Source of the DNA: Raillietiella orientalis
Lineage: Eukaryota
Assembly (NCBI GenBank): GCA_036172245.1
Contig: JAYWIR010000012.1
Coordinates: 434,001 to 498,000, forward strand
Length of the DNA: 64,000 nt
Reading direction: 5' to 3'
Below the pieces are notes generated by a model. The model saw only the letters and a program-made list of their open reading frames with translations. It was not told the DNA's origin and made no database searches. The position numbers and the translations under genes were made by a program. This document shows positions 39,584 to 51,983 of this stretch, one piece after another (position 1 is the first letter of the stretch; every line of letters starts with the position of its first letter).

Positions 39584-41100
39584 TCACCCGGGTGAGCCGG
39601 AGAATTTATTTCATATAAAATATGCAATCACAATCTCTGTGGTTGTGCCGGTGATCCAACCACGTCCGTTTTACCGGGAGCAGAGGCCAGAGCGGTGAGA
39701 TCCACCACCACGGTAGCAGAGACCGGGGGGGGGGAGCAAACAGAAAAAGAAAAATGGAAACAAAAAAATAAATAAATAAACTTTGGGAAGGGGGTGCGGG
39801 AAGCGGTGACGTCCTGCTGAGGGCGTCCCTCTGCATCCTTCCGAGGATGCCGGGAAGCTCTTGCTGCATACCGTCCTTCAGATGGGAGCATCTTGTTGCC
39901 ATCCTCAGGAAGCGGACAGCAAAGTGGATGTGGCACACCTGTCTCTCGGTCCTCCTCTTGCATCTCTCCAGTTCGCTACAATCCCGCGTAAACAGCAGAG
40001 TGCTGGGACCGCCGGCTGAAGAGGTCATACAGGATCCCTAAACTTGCCTCATGACGGAGGGTCCCGGCAAAGAGTTCCCAGAGGAGCCAGAGAGCGACAC
40101 AATTCACAAGCACATGCGGGAGGGATTCCCACTCCCCACACTGCCAAACCTTCGTGTCCAGAGATGCCAGCGCGCGTTGCACGGGAAACCCCAGTGCAGC
40201 AGCATCACCGCAGACTCCTGCCGCTTTAATGGAAGGGTGAGCGTGTCCAAAAGCACTGGGGACACTGCAGGTCTCCTTTCAGGATACCCAACAGCTCTCT
40301 CCAGCTCAGAAGCCCTCGAGGTGAGGCACCTGGGATCTCAGCGTCCGTAAGCTAGCCCATCGTCCATTCATTCCTTTCCTTCTGGAGCAAGAATTCCACT
40401 CTGACCTATCCAGGCACAAGGCTGCTGCTCATGTGTTCCCGCAGGGAAGGGAGGCGGAAGCCCGAGGCGGTGTTGTTTTTTCTTGAGAGTTTCCGGTGCA
40501 ACCAGCGCCCACACGTCTCTTCCCGGGGAAGTCGCTCTGGAGGTGCGACCTGTCGGAGGTCAAATGGCTCCTCATGATCCTTTTCGGACCGCGATGCTTT
40601 CCGGGAACTCTGGCAGAGGCCATCTTCGGCGCCACCTCACCAGGAGGACACCTCCGAAGAGGTGCTGCGGCAGTCCAGTCGCTTTGAGGTCGCAACGGCG
40701 TGCCACCTCCGCCTGCAGTCTTCGAAGACCAACGCCGCCATCTGGTAAGGTCTCGGACGCAGCGAAGGGAGGCCGGCGGGGGAGTCTCACCTTGGATGAC
40801 GTCGAACCGCTGCGGAGATTGCTTCAGTTCCGCCCCCTCCCCATTTTGAGCGAGATTGCTGCCGAAGATCCTTGTTAACCCCTTCTCCTCCCTCTCCGGG
40901 ATGTCGCACAATCACACGCAGGGAAGACGGCGCCGACTCCTGGAAGACCAGTGTCCCGTTCTTCAGCTAGAAGTCCTTGGCCGGCTTCACCTGCCTGAGG
41001 CCCCGAAGAGTAGAAGTCGGTGAGCCGACACTCCAGATTCTAGATTCCCCTGTTTTATCTGAGAACTACGTGGCCAGCTCGTTGGTTCCTTCGTTCCTAA
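39584..41100 (-). mobile_element. Decayed non-LTR copy
   Basis: LLHWGFPCNARWHLWT, CGEWESLPHVLVNCVALWLLWELF and RFLRMATRCSHLKDGMQQELPGILGRM. Terminal motif AATAAATTCTCCGGCTCACCCGGGTG at 39611-39585. 5' limit is approximate. Confidence 0.75.
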
Positions 41101-41499
41101 GGAAACGCCTCTGGGGAGACTGGGTGAAAAGTGGTTTTCCCTGGATTCTGCGTGAAGCTGGTCGCTGTCGGTAGCGTCAGGCGTCCTCTCTCAGCCGTCG
41201 GAAGCAGACCGCTTAGGGCTACAGCAGCCTGGGAGTCCTAGAGATGGCAGTCCTTCCACATGGAGCGGTTCGTGACCGGTCACCGATAGGTCGACTGGCC
41301 CGCGCCCCAGCCGACCTCTTAGCGTGTGGACTCGTCTCCTCGTCGATTCAGCGCAAGATTCCCGGTCGAGGAGGAGGCGATGACCCTTCTCTTTTGGCCG
41401 TTCTTTAACCAGTTTCTTCAAGCTGGCTGCTGCAGACAGCACCCCACGCTGCAGCGCCGATCCGGGAGCGAAGCCAGGTCGACGAGGAAGTCGGCGCCC

Positions 41500-43420
41500 T
41501 AGGCTCTGTGAAACTTCTAGCAGGTGAAGCTGACCAAGGGCTTAGAGCTGAAGAACAGGACGCTGGTCGTCTTCCAGGAGTCCGCGTCTTCCGCCCTGCG
41601 TGTGGCCGCGCGACCCTCCCCGGAGGCGTCTGCCCTGAGAGCGTCCAGGACTTCCCCGCCGAGATCGCCACGACGGACAGCGGTCTTTAACGAGCACCCC
41701 GCTAGGGCGCATCTCCGAGAATTTCGTCCAAGGGAGCCCGTAGCCGATGCCCTCACGTCCCTTCCGGGAGCACCCGTAGGAGACCACTGGAGCTTTGTGC
41801 TAGAGTCCCGGGAGCTCGCGACCAGCTGCTGCCTCGCACCGGGACGCGAGCTCGTGCTCATGTGCTCGCCAGCAGCTGCTCTCCGGCGACATCCTCGACG
41901 GGCGCTCTGAAGACGCGGATGACCCCCCACGGACTCCAGGGAGAGGAGGACGGGGCGCGTGCCGGGAAACCGTCCGAAAAAGTGCCACTCCAGGCCGAGC
42001 TGCAGTTAGAGCGCTCCCGGATCGCCGTCCGGGAGCCGCGGCTCACCAAGGAGAAGAGGGACACCGACCAGGTCGATGCCTCTCCTGCCACCTTCCACAG
42101 TCGGACGCCCTCGTCACCTCGGCCTCTTCCCACCTCCGTTGAGCTTGTGTCAACCCACCCGGAGGCGGATGATCCAGCGAACCACTACCTCCCGAGTGCC
42201 ACACCCCAAGCCAACCGAGTCCGACCAGCGTCTTCTTGCAGGGGGCACTCGAAGCCCACGACGCCCTCCCCTCCTGTTCTTGTCGCTACGGCGGGATTCG
42301 AGCCCGCGTCGCTCGGTGCCGCGTGCGCAGACGGCAGCCACACGCGAAAGGAGAGCAAAGGCAGCCAAGGGAGACAACCGGAGCTCGCCACTGCCCTGGG
42401 ATGCGGAGGACGACGGTGTTCCTCGGCACCTCTCGAGATGACCCCGAAATCAGCTCTCTTTATCGAGTGAACCGAGGAGTTGCAGAAGACGAGGGCAGAG
42501 GGAGGGGGGGAGGAGAGATGGTCTCCAGCGTCTCCACCTCCGTGGGAACCTTAGCCCACTTCCGCACCGGTTGGCACCAGTTGGTTCTTCTTGAGCGTTG
42601 GAGTTCTGGGCGATTCCCTAATCGGAGGGACACTCCGAACTGCATCCGATGCTGCAGGCAACCGTGAGGCTACTCCTGTCGGAACGTGGCCGCTTGACCT
42701 CCAGGTCTAGCGTTTCCGGGTCGCAAGACCCCAGTGAGCGAACGGTTTAGCTCAGATGTTCGCCTGGAGCTCCGCCGGAGACAGGAGGCCGACGGGATCT
42801 CTGCGTTCGGCCCATCCTCTGCTTCGAGCTCTCCTGGAGACACGCCAGGGATTCGGATGCTGGAGGGACCGACGGAGTCTGGGATGGCCACTCTGCAGTG
42901 CGAGGGCGCTGCCTGCCAGGGCAGAGACCAGCCCGAAGCCTTTCCACGCGCGGACTTCCACTGCCTCCTGCGGAACGCCGCCTTCCAGTCCCAGGCATTG
43001 ACAGGACCCCGACACGCAGGTTTGTCTCGACCTTGATGACCCTCCCAGTGCCGAACGGAAGCCCGCAGGTTCGCACCTTGGCGACGACATGGTCCGGACG
43101 ACGCTGCCGTGTCAACGAGAGCCCACCTCCTCGCCAGCGCCCTGGAACGTTAGGAGGACATTAGGAGCGAGATCACCGGCATCCACCGCCGGTTCTGAAG
43201 GAAAGGAACGGCTAAACCAAAGACCCCTGTCCCCTCCCCCACATCTTTATCTCTATTTTTTATATGTGTATTTGTGGTCCCCTCCCTCGCGTTCCGGACT
43301 TTCCGTATACCGACCTGCGTGTCGGGGAACCCTCCCTTCGTTTCTTCTGTGCGCTTTGTACGGGAACTCTGTTCCTGGATAGTTTAGGAATAAACGCCCC
43401 GGCGCACCCGGGTGAGAAAC
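41500..43420 (+). mobile_element. Decayed repeat ending in the non-LTR family 3' terminus
   Basis: 41519-41604 is an inverted homologue of ~40910-41000, and 43013-43092 is homologous to 27677-27757. 3' UTR hairpin at 43310-43325; terminal AATAAACGCCCCGGCGCACCCGGGTG at 43389-43414. Confidence 0.6.
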
Positions 43421-45199
43421 AGTTAGCTCTTTAGCCCCGGCAACCGCGCGAGGACGTGTTCCCCTCTTGGCTCCATGGTCCGAAGTCAGGCCAGCCTCCC
43501 TGACGAGACAATGAACCCTCCTTGACCGCCGCCCTTCGACTGAGTCGACAGGCGCTGCTCTCTCTCGGGCCACTGACTTCAGATGCCTCCGCTACCGGAG
43601 TGAGGTCAAGCGCACCACGGCATGCACTTGGCAGACAGCTCATTGGTGTGGTGCAGACCTCGGAGGAAATCACCAGGCAATCTGTGTCACGTTAGTGGCC
43701 ACCGGATGCAATAGCACGGCCATCCAAGCAGCGCTCCTCGCCAATGAGGGGCTAAGGGCTGGCGTAGCGAGCAGCAGCGGGCTATCGGGCAGGTCTTGTG
43801 GGCGCCGCAGAAGCATCGAGAGGGCCCACACACCGGGGGCTCCAAGGGGAGGAATCCCTCGCGCCTGAGGGTGGGAGTTCTCCTGCAGGGATCCCCCCAC
43901 TGCGTTGCTTGCTAGTCCTAGGTGGATGGAAGGTCCTTCCCTTTCCCACGCGGCGGTCGGCCACTCGCATGAATAGCGACAGACCTTGGGGAGCTCCCGG
44001 CGCGAGGAAGTGCGTTGCGGGCTTGCATCCCGCGAGCGCGTGGAAAGCTCCCCCCCATGCTACAGGGATGCGATGGAGCCCCTGCCTGCTCGTGGTATGC
44101 GACCAACAGAGACGCCCCGAGAAACGGCACCGCTGTACCGTCGAGCTCCGGCAGTGTTGCCAGTTGAGAGATGGGTAGGAAAACCAAACAAAGGCAGCAG
44201 AAAGGGAAGACGAAATGAAGGCAGCAAAGACGCCTTGGTGCCCACGTTGGTGGCGGACGTGCGGCTGCGTCTACTGTGCGTGGCACCGAGAGTCGCGCGG
44301 GCTCCAATTCCACCCGGGGGAAGGATCGACTCCGGAGAAATGAATGCTCCGTGGGCTCGAGTTCCTCTCACCAGATGACGCGAGTGTCGTGGGTTTGAGT
44401 TCTCCCCGCAAGATGACGCTGGTTGTCTCGTAATCGGATGAGGCGCCGGTAGAAGCTGGTAAAATCCGGATGTCCCTTGACGGGCCAGGATTGGAAGTCG
44501 GCCATCCGGAGTCCTTCCAGGAATTAAGGATCCCTTCGGGGTTACCTTCTGGTTGTGAAAAGGGAGCCGTTACCATGGAGCTGGTTGCTGCCTTCCTCGG
44601 GAATTTGCCTCTCCAGAGCGTTAAGAAGAACCCTGCTTTCTTAGTGGTTCTCTTCAGAGGAGGAAACCAGATGCGGTTCCCTCGAGGATTTCCTCAGGAG
44701 AAGAAATTCCAGGAGCGGTCCCCTCTGGAGGATCAGTTTGGACAAAACAAGGAAGGGAACCACAAAGGGATCCCCCCTTTGTTCTTCCCTTCGGAGACAA
44801 TCAGGGTGGAGGTTCCCTTCGGGTTTCCCTACCGAGCGTGAGAGGAACGGTCTCTTCTTCCTCCGGAGCTTTCCTGGATTCCTAGGGTGGTCCCTTCCCG
44901 AGGTATGCCTATCTTAAAGAGTCACGAGTGCCCTCTGGTAGAGTGGACAGCGTCAAAGAGCTGCGTGAGCCTCCAGGCGAGCGACGGTCCTTGGGGTACC
45001 CAGTGAACCAAAGGAAAAGAAAAGCAGGAAAAAGAAGCTGCGAGGACAGAGAGGAACCCAAAAGGATTTTCCATCATTCTAACCTTCGCTCCGGGACCGC
45101 AGAAGAGGCAAAGGGAGGGGGGGAAGGCAAAAGATGGAAGGTGAAGGAAGGCCGCGAATTTCTTCCCGGCGAAAGGGGAAAACTCTAGTGCTGCCGGAA

Positions 45200-46530
45200 T
45201 TGCGGTTCGATCTCGCGGAACTTGGCTGTCGGGAGACCCCGGCGCTGCTGACGGAGAAGCGGTCGAACCGCCCTCGAAAAGTCCGAGGCGGCTCTTGGCT
45301 ACGGCCCTCGATGGCGAGTTCGCCTTGCCGGGATGAGCCGCCATTTGAAGAGCTCTCGCTGACCCCTTTCTCCGCCCCCTCGGCTAAGCTACAGGCTCGG
45401 CGCCTGCCGGGGAACGCCCTCTGAGGATCTGCGATGTCCAGAATCCGCCTCAAAGACTGGGCGGCTCCGCGCCGGGACGCCGGCTTCGAAGTGCCGACGC
45501 TAGAAGGAATGAGGAGGGGGGGGAGGACTGCAAGTGCACTCCAGGACGGCGACCCCCTGAGCCAAGCGGTGGACTTCCTCGCGGTGCGCACCCGCGCACC
45601 CCACCCTTCGGCGCTGCTTCGGTAGCGAAGAGCCGCACTCCTTGCCGCGGAACTTCCCGGACCGCCTGGCACAGGACGCGGAGATTGTGGCTTCCCTCCG
45701 AGACAACGCGCCTCCCGCCTGGAAACCTACCTGTGGGTCTCCGACCACCCGAAGAACTTCCGCTCCCGGCTCCAGGAAACGATTGCTTCCTGGGCTGCTC
45801 CCGGAGGAACTTTTTCGTCTGCTGCGTCTCTTCCCCAGCCATCATCCCTTGGACGAAGGGCTTGGGCGAAGTAGTCGAAGCTCCGAGGGCAAGCAACGAC
45901 AGCTGACTGCCTTGGGGGTGAGAGCTTTCCCGCGCCATCGCAGGAGCGACAGAACCTCCGGGCGGCGGCTGGAAGGCGGGCGAGCCGGTGGACGGCGCCA
46001 CTCCTCCGCATCCCCGGTCAAAGGGACTCGACCTCCAGTGGTCCGAACTGCTGAGTGCGTCCTCCGAGGAGCCCGAGGTCCCCTCCCCAGAGTTTGAACA
46101 CGTCCGTGCCCCCACTGACGCGGAAGCAGAGCTCTTCCTACACTGGGAGGGGAGGGGGGGGTTCCAAGGCAACCGGCTAGGCGCTTCGCCTCCGGAAAAG
46201 GGGTGCTTCCAGCGGCGCCCTCCAAGAACTGTTCCCGGAGGCCTTATTTACTGTCCCTTCCCTCCTGTTCCGGAGTTTTATCCCGGTTGTCCGTGAAAGA
46301 ATGGGACGTGAAGTCGAAGATCTGCGCGGCTGCCCTCCGTTGTTTTTCTTTTTCCTTTTTTTTGCTTATTTTTGTTTATCATCCCCGCCCACCCGTTCCG
46401 GACTTCTGGAGTGACCGACCTGAGTGTCGGTGCACCCTCCCCTTGAACCTCCCTTTGTTTTCCTTCGGGAACCGCGTTCCCAATATATTTGTTTATTTCG
46501 AGTGAACGCTCCGGCGTGACTGGGTGATAA
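45200..46530 (+). mobile_element. Heavily decayed non-LTR copy
   Basis: RIRLKDWAAPRRDAGF resembles RVRLKDLCAPRRDGDL at ~37000. Shared 3' UTR hairpin CCGAC-N6-GTCGG (46415-46430) and terminal motif at 46501-46530. Confidence 0.65.
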
Positions 46531-46706
46531 ATCCAGCGCGTATCCACGTGGAGACCGTGCGCTTCCTCCAGATACTCTTCCGGGACCCGGAGATGAAGCA
46601 CCTCCTCGCGTCGGGCTGCGCGGTCGCTGATGTTACTCACGGCCAGGAGGAGCGCGCGCGTATAGGTCAGCAGTCCCGTTAATTCTGGGAGGGAAGCAGA
46701 GTGGAT

Positions 46707-47440
46707 GGGCCCAGGAATTCCGAACTCCGAAATCCCGAAAGGGAAACAAATACATATGCTCACTATATACGTTGATATATAAATCCACATATCGATTAAT
46801 GCATGGATTAATATATATTATAAACATTATAAAAAATAATTATTTGTCCTTATTCTTTATATTAACTTATATGTGTATATAGATTCACATGCAAATTTAT
46901 TTATAGATATTTTTTAATACTTATTAACATGCGTATTATAATTATAATTTATAATATCTTTGTTATATATAAATACATATGTAGATTAATATATGAATTA
47001 ATACATCTTATAAGCATTATGAAAAAATAAATATATACATTTGTTACATATTTTAAGATAATTACTAATATGTTTATCACTAATGTGTATATAGAGAGAT
47101 ATGTATTATACGATTATTTGAAAATACATCGGTTCAATATGAATATGTAGATTTATATATATTAAGAAAATAATATATGTGTGTTTACTGTCGATATTAA
47201 TATAATATTTTGATATATACATTAAAGTACATATTTGTTTCAACTTACATATTTATCAGCATATTATCGGTATAAATAATGACGATTATAAAACTAAATC
47301 CATGTTTATTAGATATTAGTATATGTTCATACATATAATATATATGTATGCAACGCCTATATAAATATCGAATTGCAGTCCTGTACATGTATAGAACGAT
47401 CAACATACCGAAAACAGAATTCATTACTTCTTAGGGATGC
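46707..47440. mobile_element. Partial copy of the AT-rich TIR-like element
   Basis: Begins GGGCCCAGGAATTCCGAACTCCGAAATCCCGAA, then a very AT-rich body; GAACGATCAA.AT.CC.AAA at ~47394 matches ~31527. Confidence 0.45.
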
Positions 47441-48977
47441 TGCCAAACTCTTGGAGATTAACATCAATAATTCAATAGAAATACTTGTAGATGCTACTCA
47501 AAAAATAAGATGAGTAAGTTTTTTCAAAGCATTCATGAATAAAGAATGGAACTAATTTTCCTCATCCTATGCATGGAGAAGCAAGCAAGCGTGCAGGTTT
47601 AGCATAATATAATCGAACAAAATAATAGTAAATGAGTCCGGGAATTTCACATGGTAAAAATTAGTATGAACTCTCCAAGAATTTTTCGAAGAAAACGAAT
47701 TTTTCCTAATGGAAGCCAGTTAAACAGATGACTCATAAAATATCCTCATATCAGTGATGTAAACACATGATTTCTGAAAACAACTTCGAAGTTTAAAATA
47801 ATAAGAAAGCAGAGGAAAACTACAAATACATGAGTCCTTTGAAAGAGCAAGGCTTACTTTTCAAGAATTCCAACTGATATATATGTGCATTTTGTTTTTA
47901 TCGCATCTGTTTTTCAGAGATGAGTAACGGAAAAAGTTCTTTTTAAAGAGGATCAAAAGTACTTTTTGCAGCAATATGTCGAGATACTAGCAGAACTTCT
48001 GCAAAACTCGAAATGAACTCGAAAATTGTTTTCAAATTTTTTAATAGTGCATGCCAATGTTCATGGTCTCATGCTTATTGCAAGAAAATCAAGATATATC
48101 CGGGCATTGTCTTTTAATGTGAGACTTGCAGTTTTCTCTCATTCTTATAGGCAGGAGACTTATCTCTCATTTCTGGCATTTAGAGAGATAGTATAATGTA
48201 CCCAACTGTATGGAATTTAAATCGTTTACTACCTTTTATGAGCTAAAATGATTCCTCTAAAGGAATTCATGTAGGTGTTTTAGGCACTGTACGAGAAGAG
48301 CAAGCTAAAATATAAAAGTCTTAATCGTAACTTAGGCAATTTCAAATGTAAAGACATCTCAGATGAGTATTCATCAAGTGCTGATGATGTTAGATTTTTT
48401 GTAAATAACCAAAAACTTCAAAGAGTACAAGTAAAACTCTCTATACTGGTGAAGTTTCTTATGCGCAAATGTATTCTTTTTGTATTTCTTATAAAATATT
48501 TTGTTATAATGAAGAATATATGAATGGAGAAATGCAATTTTCAGCTTTAATTATTATTCTTATCTAAATTATCTGTCTAAGTTGTATCTAATTACTGTAT
48601 CCATGTTGTCTTCGGGAGAAACTTATTCTCAAAATTTAGCCGAATAATATGAAATGTTTGGTATCTACAGTGTTCAGTTGTGTAATGCTGGTATTAAAGG
48701 TAGACAAAGACGTAGGTTTAATTTGTGGAGTGTCAAAGATAAGTTTTCCTTGAAAAATTTCTTCGGATAAAATAAAGAGCAAAATTCAAATTGGAATCAC
48801 AAATTACAAGCCAACGGATATCCTGCTGATCATCATAACACACAATGTAAACAATGATTTGAAAGACGCCTACGTATCCCAAAACAGTAACTCAGTTTAA
48901 TGTTTTGATGTGTGAGTAAATGAATTATGATCACAACTTTTTAATCGTACGTGAACATTAAACGATAACATTACAAA

Positions 48978-49020
48978 ATGTCAAGACACAGAAACGTAAG
49001 GTCTTTAAATTACCAAGAAG
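48978..49020 (+). CDS. HBS1L: HBS1-like translational GTPase, exon 1
   Basis: caaaATG, MSRHRNVRSLNYQE (HBS1L-type N-terminus M[AS]RHRNVR), donor G|gtaggc, phase 1. Confidence 0.9.
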
Positions 49021-49114
49021 GTAGGCATCGAAATTTCTGAACTTGAAGTTTGTGGGAATGTGGTAAAAATAATAACGTCATAATCACTTCATCATACATC
49101 ATTTCTAATTTCAG

Positions 49115-49183
49115 AATACGATGGATATTTTGATGTGTATGGGCATTCCATGGAGGAAGATTCATGCATTTCACCATCAATTG
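49115..49183 (+). CDS. HBS1L: HBS1L exon 2
   Basis: Acceptor tttcag|AA, EYDGYFDVYGHSMEEDSCISPSI (YGxSxExDxCISPS pattern of HBS1L), donor G|gtaaaa. Confidence 0.9.
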
Positions 49184-49323
49184 GTAAAAATCACTCATAG
49201 TACTTCCAATAATATGAAGCAGCTTTGAGAATTTATAATACAGAATCACGAAACTTTTACTTAAAAGATTCTTATACTTTCTTAAAGTTTGTTCCGCTAC
49301 TAATGTGCATCTCACTTTTCCAG

Positions 49324-49665
49324 AAGCACAGTATTTGTATGATCGTGATAAACACCATCAGATGTCCACTTTTGTACCTAATCAGGACAACATTCAAGAA
49401 GTTGATGAATACGAGGAAACACACATGTCAAATGATGCTGATATGACTGTCAAATGGAATAATCACAGCGATGAAAAACTTCAGTCATGTTTAGAGAAAG
49501 TCTTGGATGTAGTTGGAGAATCAGTGTCTGAGACTGAATGTCTAATTGCAATTAGGGCATCAGAGTACAATGTAGAAAAAGCCTTGGATTACATTTTGAC
49601 CAAGAAAGAGAAGGGCACAGTGCCATCATCAGCTTCTGGATGCAGCAGTTCTGCACAAATAAAAG
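49324..49665 (+). CDS. HBS1L: HBS1L exon 3 (HBS1 N-terminal helical domain)
   Basis: Acceptor ttttccag|AA, EAQYLYDRDK...LQSCLEKVLDVVGESVSETECLIAIRASEYNVEKALDYIL..., donor AAA G|gtaatt, phase 1. Confidence 0.9.
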
Positions 49666-49727
49666 GTAATTGGTTCAATTAGTTAACATAAGTAGGGAAG
49701 TGTATCCAAATTTTCATGAACTATCAG

Positions 49728-50551
49728 ATTGCAGACAGAGAACACTAAACATTGTTCAACATAGCTGGAAAGATGTATCTTTTGGAATGAGTGGCTCCCA
49801 GCTTCAACTTCCAAATAATATACATAAGAAAAAAGATATGTTGCAACAGAAAGAGTCAGAACAAAATACTTGTGACAATCTTCTGTGTTCTGACTTTCAA
49901 ACATTTTGTTTAACTAATCGTACTCTGCCAACTTCGAGCACAACCTTATTTCACCCAACAAAGTTACACCTGGACAATAAGCATTCTCAGGATTCATCTC
50001 CCTCCCTTCATGCTTTGGCTCAAATGCATCTGAGTGAAGTACAAAAGGACTGTGTTCCAGTAGAGGGCAGCACTTATACAGTTTCAAAAAGCAATGCATT
50101 TATTATTCCCTCTTTGGATACTGAGAATGTAGGCAGCCAGTCTCTGAGTTCTCCAATCAATCCTATTATAGATCTATCTGTGACTCTCAAATCATCTTCC
50201 TCTAATTCAAATTATTTACAAAATACTCCCCCAAGAAACACATCCACTAAACTGAAAGAAGGGCAAGCCTTCCTCTCTCAGCGACCCTCCATGCCTCTTA
50301 GAGGTTCTTATTTGTGGCCTATATCGAAATCCCATTCACCCATGAGATTTGTAATATGTGCCCCCAAATCAGACATGAAATCCGATTCTGTAATGTGTGT
50401 CAAATGTGATCAAAGGTGCCAGAAATTCATCCAGCAATTTGACTTTTCGTCTCCTTCTCCTGATGATATAGTACAACAAAAGAGAAAAAGAAACACATCT
50501 CATACCTTTCATACGACACATGTTTCCTCTTTTAATACGAATATGCAATAA
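49728..50551 (+). CDS. HBS1L: Alternative terminal exon of HBS1L giving a Ski7-like (HBS1LV3-type) isoform
   Basis: A 62-nt intron (49666-49727) ends at a phase-1 acceptor atcag|AT. The long open frame is S/T-rich and ends with FDFSSPSPDDIVQQKRK (motif at 50438-50473). The TAA overlaps AATAAA (50547-50552). Confidence 0.85.
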
Positions 50552-50614
50552 ATGGCATTTAGAACACATAAATGTGAAATGGCTTTGCATCTGATTTTAT
50601 CATCTTATCCTTAG

Positions 50615-50755
50615 GGGAACTGATGCCATCTATGGATCAAACACTTGGTAACCTAACTGATAGGCTGCGTGAAATACAGGTTGATGACGTTAAAGTGATA
50701 GCATCAGCTGCTGTGCCTCGAGGTGGTATGGCTGTGGATTTTTCCAGTTGTTCAG
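50615..50755 (+). CDS. HBS1L: HBS1L long-isoform linker exon (3' boundary uncertain)
   Basis: Phase-1 acceptor cttatccttag|GG is compatible with the exon 3 donor; open frame GELMPSMDQTLGNLTDRLREIQVDDVK.... How it splices to 50946 could not be resolved unambiguously. Confidence 0.6.
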
Positions 50756-50945
50756 GTATCCCATGTATGTAATATCATTGGTTAATAATGCAAGTGGTAG
50801 GCCTTCCTGAAAGGAATCTTCTTGCATCAGGTGACAAATCAGCTGAAAATTCAGAGAAGACTAACTCGACAGATGCAACATCAGGAGAACTCAGTGCCAC
50901 ATTTACAAAGATCCTTAAGTATCTGTTCCCATGTTTATTCTGCAG

Positions 50946-51205
50946 CTGAGCATCTCTGACAGGGAGAAGAATGATTCAGACACACTTACAGAATTCCAGA
51001 AGGAGCGTGGGTGTGCCAAAGAGAATCTCAATCTAGTTGTTATTGGTCATGTAGATGCAGGCAAGTCTACTTTGATGGGGCATCTTCTGTGTGAGCTTGG
51101 GATCGTCTCCAACCGACTCATGCATAAATATGAACAAGAAAGTCAGAAACTAGGCAAACAGTCTTTTCTGTATGCATGGGTTCTTGATGAAATGGGAGAA
51201 GAAAG
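50946..51205 (+). CDS. HBS1L: HBS1L G-domain exon (G1 P-loop)
   Basis: Acceptor ttctgcag|; [20 protein letters not shown]...[18 protein letters not shown]; donor AG|gtggga, phase 2. Confidence 0.92.
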
Positions 51206-51254
51206 GTGGGAATGATGGTCCAGGCACAGTATCATCTGCCTCTACACATTGCAG

Positions 51255-51484
51255 ATCCAGAGGTATAACAATGGATGTGGGACAATCAAGTTTTGAAACT
51301 GCACATAAAGTAGTGACTCTACTGGATGCACCAGGACACAAGGATTTCATCCCCCATATGATTGCTGGAGCTGCTCGGGCAGATGTAGGCATTCTAGTTG
51401 TTGATGCCACATGTGGAGAATTTGAAGCTGGTTTTGAGAGTGGAGGGCAGACTCGAGAACATGCTCTTTTAGCTCGCTCATTGG
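51255..51484 (+). CDS. HBS1L: HBS1L G-domain exon (G2/G3)
   Basis: Follows a 49-nt intron; RSRGITMD...[54 protein letters not shown]; donor G|gtaaga. Confidence 0.95.
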
Positions 51485-51526
51485 GTAAGAACTAGCCTTT
51501 CAGAAACTCCCACAACACAAAATTAG

Positions 51527-51937
51527 GTGTAACCCAATTGGCTATAGCTGTTAACAAAATGGATAATGTTGACTGGTCAGAGCAACGATTTCGTACTATC
51601 TGTGATGCCTTGTCCCGATTTCTGATTCGTCAAGTGGGATATCGGCAGTCAGATCTGAGTTTCATTCCTTGCTCTGGTTTAACAGGCATGAATCTCACTT
51701 CCCAAAATCAAAATAAGATGTTGCTAAGCTGGTATCATGGACCCTGCTTACTGGATGCAATTGATAACTTTCAAAGTGTTGTACGGCCACTAAAGAAGCC
51801 TTTGCGTTTTTCTGTGTTTGATGTATGTCGTGGTCCTGGTACTGGACTGTATGTAACAGGAAAAATGGAAAGTGGTTCAGTTCGATCTGGTGATAAAGTA
51901 CAGATAATGCCTTATGGAGAAATAGCTCAGATAAAAG
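51527..51937 (+). CDS. HBS1L: HBS1L exon (G4 NKMD, G5, start of domain II)
   Basis: Follows a 42-nt intron; GVTQLAIAVNKMD...FIPCSGLTGMNL...WYHGPCLLDAID...KPLRFSVFDV; donor G|gtcaga. Confidence 0.95.
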
Positions 51938-51983
51938 GTCAGATAACATTTCATCTGTTCCTGATGGTAACTGATTTTCTCAG

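Noticed and set aside
47430..48900. Possible decayed DNA-transposase or divergent gene upstream of HBS1L
   Set aside because: Only short, stop-interrupted peptides; no motif I can identify.
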